A stretch of 64,000 nt of DNA from Octopus vulgaris (Eukaryota), in NCBI GenBank assembly GCA_951406725.2, contig OX597820.1:105338001-105402000 (forward strand), in the 5' to 3' direction. Under the pieces are notes generated by a model that saw nothing but the letters and a program-made list of their open reading frames with translations, did no database searches and was not told where the DNA came from. Each line of letters opens with the position of its first letter. The first letter of the stretch is position 1. The position numbers were made by a program, and so were the translations under genes. Positions 50,130 to 63,119 of the stretch are shown here, in pieces.

Positions 50130-50600
50130 CATCATCATCGTTTAACGTCCGTTTTCCGCGCTAGCATGGGTTGGACGGTTTGACCGGAGTCTGGGAAACC
50201 AGGGGCTGCACCAGGCTCCAGTCTGATCTGGCAGTGTTTCTACAGCTGGATGCCCTTCCTAACACCAACCACTCCGCGAGTGTAGTGGGTGCTTTTTACG
50301 TGCCACCTGCACAGGTGCCAGAGGGGTCTGGCATCGGCCACGATCGGTTGGTGCTTTTTATGTGTCACTGGCACAGAAGCCAGTCGAGGCGGTGCTGGCA
50401 TCGGCCACGTTCGGATGGTGCTTTTTATGTGCCACCGGCACAGAAGCCAGTCGAGGCAGGGCTGGCATCGGCCACGTTCGGATGGCGCTTTTTATGTGCC
50501 ACCAGCCCAGAAGCCAGTCGAGGCAGGGCTGGCATCGGCCACGTTCGGATGGTGCTTTTTATGTGCCACCGGCACAGAAGCCAGTCGAGGCGGCACTGGC
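50130..50600 (-). mobile_element. RTE 3' UTR-derived element with internal 67-bp minisatellite
   Basis: Same terminal module as 45455-45650; (cat)n tail at 50130. Confidence 0.8.
50330..50597. repeat. 67-bp tandem repeat, 4 copies
   Basis: Units start at 50330, 50397, 50464, 50531: ggcatcggccacgttcggatggtgctttttatgtgccaccggcacagaagccagtcgaggcagggct. Confidence 0.95.
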
Positions 50601-53600
50601 AACAAAATCTTTTTGTTTTTTCTTCAATCTATAGGGAAATGGATAAATTTGACTTGTATATGCCTAGTACATATCTTTACATATATATGTGTATATCATC
50701 ATCATCATTTTAACCTTCAGTTTTTCATACTTGCATGGTCAGGTGGAATTAGTTGAGGCAGATTTTCTATGACAAAATAACTTTCCTGTCACCAATCGTC
50801 GTCTATTTCCACACAAAATATTTTTTTCCCTATGGTTGGACACATATCTATTGGAAATTGGAAATGCACAACACCATTTGTATGATAGTGACATTCATTT
50901 ACAAGTCAGGATGAGACACGTACATATATGACAAACTTCTTATAGTTTCCACCAACCAAATCCACTCACAAGGTTTAAGTATGCCTGCACAGTATTTTAA
51001 CCAATAATTATTCCTAGTATTAAAGGTAGTGAACTGGCAGACTCATTAGCACACTGGACCAAATGCTTAGCAGCATTTTGCACTTCTTTATATTGTGAGT
51101 TCAAATTCCATCAAGGTTGATTTAGCCTTACATCCTTTTCAGGTCGATAAAATAAGTACCAGTTGAGCACGGGTTAATGTAACTGACTTACAACCTCCCC
51201 CAAAATTTGATTCCAATAATTATTTTTAGTATTAACACATGCACAAAAATTTTGTAGAGGTGTAGTTCTCTGGAGTGAATACTTCCTCATAACATACTTA
51301 GGTCTTATTTTATAAAGCACTGTTAAAATAAAAGTCTGAGTTAAACCTAGTTGAAATTTGAACACAAAATGAGTAGAGGAACAAAACTAAAAACTGTGCG
51401 ATATTTAATCCTTGACTCTGTCACTCTAGGATTACTAAGACTGGCACAAGGCCACATTTTGGAGAAGGATTTAGTCAATTATATCCATCCCATTATTTGA
51501 GTGGTACTTTCTTTTATTGACACTGTTTAGAGGAAAGATGAGGTCAACTGGCAGGGTTTGAACTCAAATGTAAAATGATCTAACTAAATACCACAGGCTG
51601 TTTTGTCTGTCATTCTAAGGATTCTACCAATCCATTATTCCATTAATTATATATTAGGGTTGATTCATTCAGTTACACACATCCTTTATAACTGTCAAAT
51701 GTAAAGAATTATTATTTTGAATTAAAAGTAATTGTTTCTAATTTAGGCACAAACCAGCAATTTTGAGGGTATTAGTCTGTTTCACCACCTTGATTGGTAC
51801 TTTATTGTACTGATCCTGAAAAGATGAAACGCAAAGTCGATTTTGGTTGGATTTGATTTCAGAACATTTTGGTCCAGAAAAAATACCACAAAGCATTTTC
51901 CCTGATGCTGCAACAATTCTGATAGCATTCCACCTTAGTAATATAGTCTTCAACATGGTGGTTCCTATGGAACAGTCATGATGCAGTGGTGATAAACATT
52001 ACTTCTCAGTATAATTACTGCCTTCATCTCTATAAGAGATTTTATAACTAGCTAATTTGTTTAATTATAATCATTTCTATTATAACTACAAGGCCTGAAA
52101 TTTTGCCAGAGAGACTAGTTGATTACATTGACCCCAAAAGGTTGAAAAGCAAAGGTGACCATGGCAGCATTTGAACTCAGATTGTAAAGAGCTGGAAAAA
52201 CTGCCACTAAGTACATATCAATGATTCTACCAGTTTGCTGCTTTAATAATAACTTGTGGGACCTGTGGAGAAGCTATTTAAGAAAGAAAGGATGATTTTT
52301 ATTTTAAGTTATTTCACTTCCAGTCACAATAATATATATAATTTTAAAATTTCCCTCTACTAAGTGGTTTGTGTTTCTCTCTTTCTACCTCTTCAACAAA
52401 CTTTTTAACCCCTCTTCATGTCTTTAACATTTCTCTCTTTCTCTTCATCTTCCCACCCTACAGCATGTCATTAACACTTCTCTCTCCCACTTTTCTCTCA
52501 CCATCTTTTTCTCTCGTCCTTTGCCTCTCCCTTCAACTAACCACATGATTCATTTGGCCGTAGTCTATTATTATACTCCACTATTCTTTCTTCTCTACTC
52601 ACATTTCTCCCCACTTCATTTTTATTCTACCTCTCTAACTAAAGTATAATGGGCAAACGAACAAGCAGATTATTATAGCTTCAAATTTTGGCACAAGGCC
52701 AGCAAATTTTAGTAGGGTGGAACTAGTCAATTAAATTGATTCCAGTGCTCAACTGATATTTATATTATCAGCTCGAAAAGGATGGGAGAGCTAGAAGTGA
52801 AGCTAAGCATTTTGGTATGCAAATGATTCTGCCAGTTGGCTACCTTAATTTAATTTTTGGCACAAGGCTAGCAATTCTGAGAGAAGGGGGAAGTCGATTA
52901 TATCAACCCTAATGCTCAGCTGGTACTTAATTTATCAACCCTGAAAGGATGAAAAGTAAGGCCAACCTCAGCTGGATTGCTTTGATTTGACACAGGATCA
53001 CATTGTGGATGGGTAGGATTCCATAATGGAATGGATAAACACCTGTATTTTATTAACTCTGAGAAATAAATGGTTTAGTCCACCCCTGATGGGATTCTAA
53101 TCCAGAATGTATGAAATATAAATAAATCCCAAAGGCATTTAGTATTAGAAACGTCACTGTTTCTGTACCTTGCTGCACATAAAACAGCGAGTGTCAGACT
53201 AGTGATAACATCATCAGTAGTGTTGTTATCTATACTTTGCCTCCTATTTGTGATAGGCTGTGCAGGAGCTGATACAGTTTATGGATAGCTCCAGTTGCGA
53301 CAATATTCTTCAGTACAGTGGTGATTTAGTTCAAATATTGATTGAAGTAGATCTTCTATGGCCAGATGCTCTTTTTGTTGCCAACTTCCACCTGTTTCCA
53401 AGTAAGGTTAATAATTCTCCTTGGCCAGATGCATTCATGGAATATAGAAAATGAAGGACAATGTATGACAATGCTTGTTTACAACTATTGTGTGATGTCG
53501 AGATAAGCACTCATATTACGCACACAATATATATATATATGAGGGGGTATCACAAAAGGCCTAGTTGGAGGCTCAAACTTCCGAGTTCTTTTACAGGGCT

Positions 53601-56354
53601 TAGAAAAACTGAAGGACCACTACAATAAGTGTGAATCTGAGAGGGGAATATGTTGCATAAAATCATAATTAACTGATCCTCCTGTATTTTCTTTTATCCA
53701 AAGCCAGGAACTTTTCAGCACCCCCTTGTGTATGCAATGTGCTTCTTTCAGTTTACATCTACTAAATACACTCACAAGTCTTTGGTTAGCTCAAGGATAT
53801 AAAAGACACATGCCCACAGTGCCATGCAGTAGGACTGAAACAAAATTTCTGTGGTTTGGAAACAAACTTCTTAAGTACATAGCCATCCCTGTGCCTTCAT
53901 TAGTAGTGTCAATTGGTTTGTCTTTGGTGAAGATTTGTAACACTACCTTGATATGAGCTGCTGTTGTATTGAAACTGGTTTTGCTGCTGCTAGAACAGTT
54001 TTGGCATTGGTTCAGTTTTCAGTCAGAATGGTTTGCTTTTGAGTAACTAAGCAATATTTTGATTAATAATGAAACAAGGAAGGTCACTTTGGAAATTGAT
54101 ATTGATTTACTAGAATACATTTATATATGAATACTTCACATACACATACATGGCTGTGTGGTTGAGAAGTTTGCTTGCCAACCATGTGGTTTCAGGTTCA
54201 GTCCTACTCATGGCACTTTGGGCAAGTGTCTCCTACTATAGCTCCAGGCCAAGTAAAGCCTTGTGAATGGATTTGGCAGATGAGATCTGAAAGAAGCATG
54301 TGTTGGTTCATGTACTGTCATATGAGCAGTGTTGTTCATTTCCCTGTCTTCTGTGTAAAGAATGTCTGACCAGGGAGAAATATTCCTTTGCTGAGAAACA
54401 AATGACGGTTGGTGGTAGGAAGAGCTTCTGGCTATAGAAAATCTACTTAAAAAAATTTTGTCTGACTTTTGCAAGTATGGAAAAGTGAACGTTAACACAA
54501 TAACAATGCTGATGATAATACATGTAAATGTAAGTGTATAATGTATATGCATATTAGTGTGTGTATTATTTTGCTTCACATTGCAATGCATATATACAAT
54601 ACAGTGCTGTAAAGAAACCAAGTTAGAATTTATATAGCAACATACTAAATTACTTCACTTGAACACCAAGTCAGCACTATAAAAGATGCTGGCCAACAGA
54701 ATGTATAGGTAGGAAAATCAGAAACATTCCATACAAACTAAATCCTGAGAAAAATACCAAATATGAGGCTGGAACATTTGTCATAGAGAAGACCTGTCCT
54801 CCACAGCAGAAGTATTATTAAGGCCACATCCCTTGATGGAGGCAATGGCCTGCAAGAGTCCTGTGCCAGTGCCACAGCCACGTGAAAGCACTCATGCCCC
54901 TGGTATGTTAAAAGCACCTAACACACACACCAAAGTGGTTGGTGTTAGGCATCCCTCTGTAGAAATCAGACTGGAACCTGGTGCAGCTCCCCAGCTTGCT
55001 TGCTCTGATCAAACCATCCAACCCATGCCAGCATGCAAAATGGATGTTAAAGGATGATGATGATGAATAAAAGTAAATAAAGGAACAAAGATAACGGTAT
55101 TGCATACTGTCCTCTTTGCTTTGTTTATTTACTTTACTATATCATCATGTGCCCCAGAATGCCCACAGCCTTTGGGCTGAAACGTGTAAGAGAATAAAAT
55201 AATATCATCAGTTAATGTCTTTGCCATGCTATCATGGTTTGGATGGTTTGACAGGATCTCACAAGCTGTAGGACTGTGTTGAATTTCCATGTCAGCTTTG
55301 GCATGGCTTCTGCAGCTGGATACCCTTCCTCACACTAACCACTTTATAGTGTACAGTAGATATTTTTTAAATGACACAGGCACTAATGAGGTCACCAATT
55401 AACTCACAAGACAAGAAAACCCCCATTGATTGTATAGGAGTGTATTTGAGAGATGGGAAGGTGGTTTCATGTCAGGTATTGAGAAGCTAAAATATGATGA
55501 AGGGACATGCGCAGGTGTCCTGCCATGGAGTAGTAGATACATGGCTTTCCATATTATATAAGGGTGAGTAGGAGTAGCTGGAACAAAGATAAAGATAGTG
55601 GTGACAAGGTTCCAGTGCAAACTCTCAGAGTACAAGAAGGTGAGTATAAGCGAATATGGACATTGGGTCAAGTGGGAAGGAAAAAATGGCTGAATTTCAA
55701 GAGAGTGTGAGAGTGGCAAATGGTTAGAGGTGGTACGATGTGCTATAATGAGTGGTAAATGATGAACAAAGGTGGAGATGTGGTTGATGATAAATATCAC
55801 TATGAAGTGGGGGCTGGTGAGAATGGTAGAAGTGGTTCAAATTGAAAGAAGGGATAACTAGCAGTGCAGGAATATATATATATTCTTTTATATGCTTCAG
55901 CCCTAAGGCTATGGCCATACTAGGGCACACACACACACATATGCATATGAATACAAACACACACATATAAATGTAAACATTGCAAATAAATGCTGCGTTA
56001 CCAATCTTGACAAATTGTAGTCTGAAGTTCAAGGAAGTAATTTAATAAGACAGAAATTGGAAAGATGTCGCAAAACTTTTGAGAGAAGATTTCTTATCTT
56101 GGAAGACAAGGTTGGTCACAATAAGAACAATAGGAAGCTAGGTCAAAAATCTACTATAAGTGGATCAAAAGGTTAGCAGATGGGATCTCAGCAAAATTTC
56201 CTGTTATATACTCTATACAAACACGCATGTACAAACACACACATTTACAAGCAGGAGGAGAATTCAACATATTTAGTTGGAATTGTAAATATTGAATAAG
56301 TTTGACTCACTTCCATATTACATGCTGACACAAAATGCACCTACGTCCTCCGAT

Positions 56355-57465
56355 GTACAGAGTTAGAGTAGTGAAAGCTGATCTCAAAATGTTGAGCCTC
56401 ACAGAGGAGATGACAAAGGACCAAGATGATTGGTGATTTGCTGTGCTCAAGGAGACCTATTCCACCGTGGAGAAAATAAGGCCTTGAGAATATTTAGTTA
56501 ATGCCTATACATGCCGGGCTCTGCATCATCAAGCATTTCTTATGCCACATCCTCCTAATACCTATCCTACTTCTAATTAATGGTACCACTCAGCTGCTGT
56601 AATTATTTGCAAGCAGAATTGGTACATTTCCCTCTCCCTTTTGTTTTGAATTACCCGTTATCTCCTTCCTCAAAACCATTTTCTATTAACATCATTTTCC
56701 ATCGATCACTTTTTTTCCTTGCTTTCAGTTATCTCTCCTTCTTCTGAGCTACATCTTAGATCTGCCATACCTTGTCTTTCATACTTCTCATATTTGCTAT
56801 CATTCTCTATGCACTCTCATAAATGTCATTGATACCCCCATCCACTGTTGTTACCCCACTGACAATGGCCACCCATACGTACCTCTTACCTTCATCTCCA
56901 TTACTGTACATCACCTTGCTCATCATTCCCCTGCTTTCTCAGCTATCCTTGTTCCTGAACCTCTTCTATCTTTTACACCTCACCAAACTAACCTCCATAC
57001 TGATATTTCCCCCTCAAACACACCTCCGCCACTGTTCATCACACACTACATTCACCTCTACACCCATCTCTAATCATCTGTTAATCTCCTCTGATACGCT
57101 AATAAAATTTAACCCCCCTCTCCCCAATCCTCTCTGCATTCTTTCTTAAACTCTCTTTCTCGTACCTTGAGATGCTCTGGCATGTTTTCACTACTATCTC
57201 TATCTTCTTTCTAGCAATTCCAACCCATCCTTATATAGTGCTGGATAACCATGTATCTCCTTTATAGCAACATACCTGTGCTTAACCTCCCAACACCAGT
57301 CCCCCATCTCAAATAGCCCTTCTCTGCCCCACTCAGTCAAAAAGGATTTTTCCTTCTCGTGTTTTGCCAATTACTTGGTGATCTCAGGAGTGCTGTTGGC
57401 ATAAAAAATGCACCCAGTTCATACTGTTGGCATTAGGAAGGGCCTCCAGCCACAGAAACCATGTC
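56355..57465 (+). mobile_element. Old RTE LINE 3' end with long pyrimidine-rich 3' UTR
   Basis: VVKADLKMLSLTEEMTKDQDDW*FAVLKET at ~56368-56457, then a CT-rich tract, then ttggcattaggaagggcctccagccacagaaaccatg. Confidence 0.6.
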
Positions 57466-57551
57466 TACATCATTGCATGCAAAGCCACAGGTGTTACATC
57501 AGATTTTTCTTCCTCGAAGAGAGATGTCAAAAGAAAGGCTATATATATATA

Positions 57552-58420
57552 TGAGGTGGTATCAGAATGTTCCCAGACTAATTCTGTAGCACACCAACAG
57601 ATGGCAGCACACAGTTGCATGCACAGTGAGAGCTAGCAGTGACCTTCATGAGGCAGTGTGGTGAGTGACATCGCTGTGTTTATTTCGCAAGGTGTGAAAT
57701 TTGTGTTTTTGTGATTGCATGTATGTTGTAGTCTGCGATTTTGTCATGGACAGGAAGAAAGAGCCAACATGAAATTTTGTGTTAAACTGTCTGCTACAGA
57801 GACATTGAGCATGCTTATGGTAATGAGGCAATGTTTTGAGTGTCATAGGGGCTTCAAAAATGGAAGAACATCTCTGGAAGATGATGAGTGAGCTGGAAGA
57901 CCTGCCATGAGTGTCACCCCCAGAAATGGGGTATTGTGCATTGAGAATTCGTCCCCCAGGGCCAGACCATTGATTGAGAGTTCTACTGTGATGTTTTGAA
58001 ACATTTGAGAGAAGATATATGGCTAAAGCGACTTGATCTGTGGAGTGCAAAGAATTGAATTCTTCACTGAGCTCTCCTCACTCATGAGTTTCTTGCCAAA
58101 AACAACATGGTATCACTTCTGCATCCACCATATTCACCAGATTTAGCACTTGCAGACTTCCATGTCCTCCTACAGATGAAAACACAGTTGAAAGGTCGCC
58201 ATTTTAACATCATTGTCAAGATCCAGATTGAATTGCAGAAGGTTCCCAACTGCTTACAGAACCTGACTTCCAGGCCAGATTCCAAAAGTGGTAGAAATGC
58301 TGGGAACAGTGTATTGCTGCACAAGGTGGCTATTTTGAAGGAGATGATATTAAAACTCAGGTAAATAAGTTATTTTTTTATTTAACATAACTAGTCTGGG
58401 AATGTTTTAATAACACCTCA
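57552..58420 (+). mobile_element. Internally deleted mariner transposon with both TIRs
   Basis: TA|tgaggtggtatcagaatgttcccagacta ... tagtctgggaatgttttaataacacctca|TA; HPPYSPDLALADF...MKTQLKGRHF. Confidence 0.88.
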
Positions 58421-59181
58421 TATATATATATACACACACACACATGCACAGACACAGACACACACATACATGCACACACACACATATGCACACACACAAA
58501 ATTCAACAGGTGCTTTCTTTATATTAGCCTGCCTATTCATGTTTTCATTTGAAGGCACAAATATATACTCTATGCCATGCACATACACAATTGTTTGAAA
58601 AAATTTACATATTGGTCTATTGAATTACTTCTTACTCAACACATTGTTATTTGCATGTCTCTGTGAGTGCATTTGACAATTCCTCTATCGTTTACCTGCT
58701 TCTTTCTTTAACCAACCCTGTCCTACTTCATATGCCTCCCTACTGTGTTACTACTACCACTCTTAATATTTTCTAAATAACTAAACATTTCTTACATTTC
58801 ATTATTGGATCAACTAGTGCTGGCTAAAATCTTTGAAGTCACAGTAACTATGCATTTCATTTGGATATAATGGATAGAGCTAAAAATAAGTGCTTTGAAT
58901 ATGGACACAGTGGACTGTGTAGACAGAAACTGAAAGAAACCAGTCGTATATGTGTATTTGAGTGCATGACTGCGTGTATGTTGCTATCTCCTTGTTTTGA
59001 CATTGTATGATAGTTGTAAATGAGTGCCACTGTCATGCAAGTGATGTCCTTTGTTTCCACTCTTCTGTGAAAACCTAAGAGGTTAGAGTGTGACGGAGGG
59101 ATAGAAACAAGTGTCTTGCTGTAGAGGAGATACATGGTTACCCCAGTCAGAGGGAGAGAGCAATATATATATATATATATT

Positions 59182-59520
59182 TAAGACCCTCTTCAGTCAT
59201 GAATGACCATGGGATTGCACCTAGAAAGTTACCTTCCGAGGCACAAGTCCGGGCAAGGTTGTTTGTGGAAGACCAGCAGTTGCCCTGCATACCAGGCTTC
59301 CCTCTCCACACCACTGATGTTATCCAAGGGAAAGGCAAAGTGGCTGATACAGCTTAGCACCAGTGATGTCACAACTCATTTCTACAGCTGAGTTAACTGG
59401 AGCAACATGAAATAAAGTGTCTTGCTCAAGAACACAACACACAGCCCGGTCCGAGAATCAAACTCATAACCTCACGATTGTAAGCTCGACTCTCTAATCA
59501 CTGAGCCATGCACCTTCACG
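59182..59520 (-). mobile_element. tRNA-derived SINE (V-domain-like), full length, between (TA)n tracts
   Basis: - strand gtgaaggtgcatggctcagtgattagag...gagtttgattctc...gtgttcttgagcaagacacttt. Confidence 0.75.
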
Positions 59521-59588
59521 CATATATATATATATATACTACTCTACTCTTTAGAGTATGTACTTTATTGACAATATATATATATAAT

Positions 59589-62358
59589 GTTCGTCCTTTG
59601 GGTTCGAAGATGACCATTGACATCATTTGGTGGAATTGCTGCTATGAGACCGGAGGTGGCTGGTGAGGCCAATCCGGGCAAGGAAGCCCCTCCCACAGGT
59701 GGGGCAGAAGTGGGTAGGGGCTGTGCTATTGGTGCAGGTGGCTCTGGCTTTCCGCATCTGACGTTTCTGTTCTGCTGACTGAATCCGTCTCTCCTTGGCT
59801 GTCTTTGCTCCTGTGGTGATTGCGCTGCGCCAGGATGAGCGGTCGGCAGCAAGTGTCTCCCAAGTCTCTGTGCCGATGGAGAAGTCTTTGAGAGAGACTT
59901 TGAGACTGTCCTTGAAGCGCTTCTTCTGCCCTCCGACTTTGCATTTGCTGTTTTGGGATGCGAGTGTCGGACATGCGGGAGACGTGGCCCACCCATCTCA
60001 GCTGGGCCTTGCGCATGATCGTGATGGTGCTAGGGAGATCTGCCTGCTTCAGAACTTCCGTGTCTGGGACTTTGTCCTGCCAGCGGATGTGAAGGAGGTT
60101 CCGAAGAACCTGAGGTGGAAGTGGTTTATCTGGCGCCCGTGCCTTCGGTAAGCAGTCCATGTCTCGCAGCCGTATAGTAGGGTGGTAAGCACGACTGCCC
60201 GGTAGACTTTCAGCTTGGTGTTGAGGCTGATTCCTCTCCGCTCCCAGACTTTCTTTCGCAATCTCCCAAATGCACTGCTTGCCTTGGAGATTCTGTTGAT
60301 GATTTCAGCATCTATGTTGGCATTGCAGGAGAGAGTGCTGCCCAGGTAGGTGAAGTTTTCCACCGCTCGTAGGATCCGTCCGTTCACCTTTATCTGAGGC
60401 TCATGGTATTGTTTGCCGGGGGCTGGCTGAAACATCACTTCGGTTTTCTTGGCACTGATGGTGAGACCGAAGTTGTCACAGGCTGATGAGAACCTGTCCA
60501 TCCCGAGCTGCATCTCCTGCTCATCGATTGCATTAAGGGCGCAGTCGTCAGCAAAGAGAAAGTCTCTGACGACTGTCTCCCTTACCTTTGTGACGGCCTG
60601 CAATCTTCTGGAGTTGAAAAGTTTCCCGTCTGTCCTGTACTTGATGTCGATACTGGACTTGCAGTCCCTGAAGGCATCGGACAGCATTGCCGAGAACATG
60701 ATGCTGAACAGTGTTGGGGCCAGGACACAGCCCTGCCTGACTCCGTTGGTCACCTGGAAGGCTTCAGATGAGTTGCCGTCTTCAAGGACTCTGGCTGTCA
60801 TTCTGTCGTGGAACTGGCGGACAATTGCAATAAATTTGCTGGGGCAACCAAATTTTCCCATGACCTTCCATAGTCCCTCCCGACTGACTGTATCGAAAGC
60901 CTTGGTGAGGTCAACAAAGGTCATGCAGAGGTCAAGGTGCTGCTCCATGCATTTCTCCTGGAGCTGGCGGGCGGCGAATATCATGTCAGTGGTCCCTTGA
61001 CCCGCGCGGAAGCCACACTGGCTCTCAGGGAGAAGGCCTTGCTCCAAGTGTTCCAGAAGGCAGTCAAGCAGGACTCGGGCCAGGATCTTGCCTGCTATGG
61101 ACAAGAGGGAGATTCCTCGGTGGTTGTCGCAGGACTGCCGATCTCCTTTCCGCTTATAAATGTGGACGATTGTTGCGTCCCGGAAATCTTGAGGGAGTTG
61201 TTCCCTGTCCCACATCGACTGGAACAGGCTGGTGAGCTGACTGATCATGGTGGGGCCGCCCAACTTGAACTCCTCTGCAGGGATGGCATCAGAGCCTGGA
61301 GCTTTGCCGGTGGACATTTTTTTGATGGCTCTGCTCACTTCCTCGACTGCAGGGGGAACAGCCAGCTCATGGTTTGTCGGCACCTGGGGGAGTCGTGCAA
61401 TGGCTTCCTCGTTGATCTGGGCTGGTTGGTTGAGCACGATGTTGAAATGCTCCGCCCATCTCTCCAGGATCAGCTTCTTGTTAGTCAGGAATGAGGTTCC
61501 ATCCGAGCTGAGCAGGGGTGTTGATCCAAAGGAGAACTGCGGTCCATAGACAGCTTTCAGCGCCTCGTAGAATTTCTTGGTGTCGTGTTTGTCTGCGTAT
61601 CCCTGAATCTCATCTGCCTTGGCGCTTAACCATGCGTCTTGCATGAGGTGGAGTTTTGCCTGGACTGTGCTGCAAATGTTGTTGAAAGCAGCCTTCTTTG
61701 CCGTGCAGGTGGTGTCATTTTGGTGAGCCCGCAGCAGACGGCGTTTCTCTTCCAGGAGCTTTTGGATTTCCTGGTCGTTTTCGTCGAACCAGTCCTGGTG
61801 GTTCCTCATAACTTGGCCTAGAGTTTCAAGGGTGATGGAATGAACCGTGTCCCTGAATGATTCCCACTGCTCATCGATGCTGGACTGGTCATTCCAAATG
61901 TCCAACAGCTTGCTGTCCATACGTGACTGGAGATCTTGTGCAGTCAGCTGGTTCTTTAATTTCGTGATGTTAAGCTTCCTCATCACTTTCTGACCCTGTG
62001 GTCTTCTCTTAGGTCGAATGTAGAAATCCATCCTGGAGATGATGAGGCGATGGTCCGTCCAGCAATCAGCTCCGCACATGGCTTTGACCAGTCTCACGTC
62101 CCGCCTGTCTTTCGCCCTGATGATGACGTAATCTATCAGATGCCAGTGTTTGGAGCGTGGATGCATCCAGGATGTCTTGTTGCGTGTTGGCAGACGGAAC
62201 AAGGTGTTGGCGATGATAAGATCATGAGAGGCACATGCACGCAGGAGGAGCTGCCCGTTGTTGTTGCACTTTCCGATTCCTTGCTTTCCCAGTACGCGAT
62301 GCCAGGCTTGGTGGTCAGTCCCGACACGGGCGTTAAAATCCCCAAGGAGGATGAGCTT
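59589..62358 (-). mobile_element. Young RTE (BovB-like) LINE: APE C-terminal half, RT, C-terminal zinc finger, 3' UTR; frameshifted near 60100 and 59945
   Basis: KLILLGDFNARVG, HWHLIDYVI, TDHRL, FVDLTKAFDTV, QGCVLAPTLF, FLFADD, TYLGS (717-aa ORF 60049-62202), LRWVGHVSRM, CPTCGRGFLARIGLTSH; stop at 59623; (TA)n tail. Confidence 0.95.
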
Positions 62359-62745
62359 CCCAGGACGGGGCTAGAAAAGGTTGCCCAAAACATAGCCTGC
62401 CTCACCTCACCCTGGTCAGCAAACCGCGGCTGGCGGGGATCCTTTCCTAGTGGTCGAAACAAAGAAAGAAAACAAACAAAGGTGCTCACTTTCACAACTT
62501 GGAACGTGAGAACTCTGCTTGACAACACCAAAGCGGACAGACCAGAGAGACGAACTGCCCTGGTGGCCAGAGAACTGAGCCGATACAATGTCGATATCGC
62601 AGCACTGTGTGAGACCCACCTTGCGGACAAAGGCCAGCTGACAGAGACAGGCGGCGGCTACACTTTCTTTTGGAGTGGTCACAGCAGCGAAGAGCGTCGT
62701 GAGGCTGGTGTTGGTTTTGCCATCAAGTCAGTACATGTGCGGAAA
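62359..62745 (+). mobile_element. Inverted 5' segment of the same RTE (APE endonuclease N-terminus)
   Basis: TFTTWNVRTLLDNTKADRPERRTALVARELSRYNVDIAALCETH...YTFFWSG...REAGVGFAIKS. Confidence 0.92.
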
Positions 62746-63085
62746 CACACTCTAAAGAATAGAGCAGTAAGCATCAAAATAAAAAGTTAAATCCTTTTTG
62801 TTTTAATGTGTGTGTGTGTGTCTTTGTGTTTGTGTTTGTCCCCTCAACACACACACATCACTTGACATCTGGTGCTGATGTGTTTGCATCCCTGTAACTT
62901 AGTGGTTCAGCAAAAGAGATTAATAGAATAAGTATCAGGTTTTTTTTTAAATATAAGTAGTGGGGTCGATAAGTTCATCTAAAAATTCTTCAAGGTGGTG
63001 CCCCAGCAAGACCACAGTCTAATGACTGAAACAAGTAGTAAGAAAAAAAAAGTTAAAAGATATATGCACACGTACACCCATCCAT

Positions 63086-63119
<34 letters not shown>

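Noticed and set aside
50330-50597. CRISPR-like regular repeats with a palindromic core
   Set aside because: Units are near-identical along their whole length with no unique spacers, there are no cas genes, and the context is a eukaryotic LINE 3' UTR.
50171-50756. Overlapping ORFs of 90-180 aa (also 45507-46087)
   Set aside because: Products of stop-poor GC-rich tandem repeats; the same peptides recur in all three frames.
60449-61821. Long + strand ORFs (183, 185, 100 aa)
   Set aside because: Antisense shadows of the RTE ORF.
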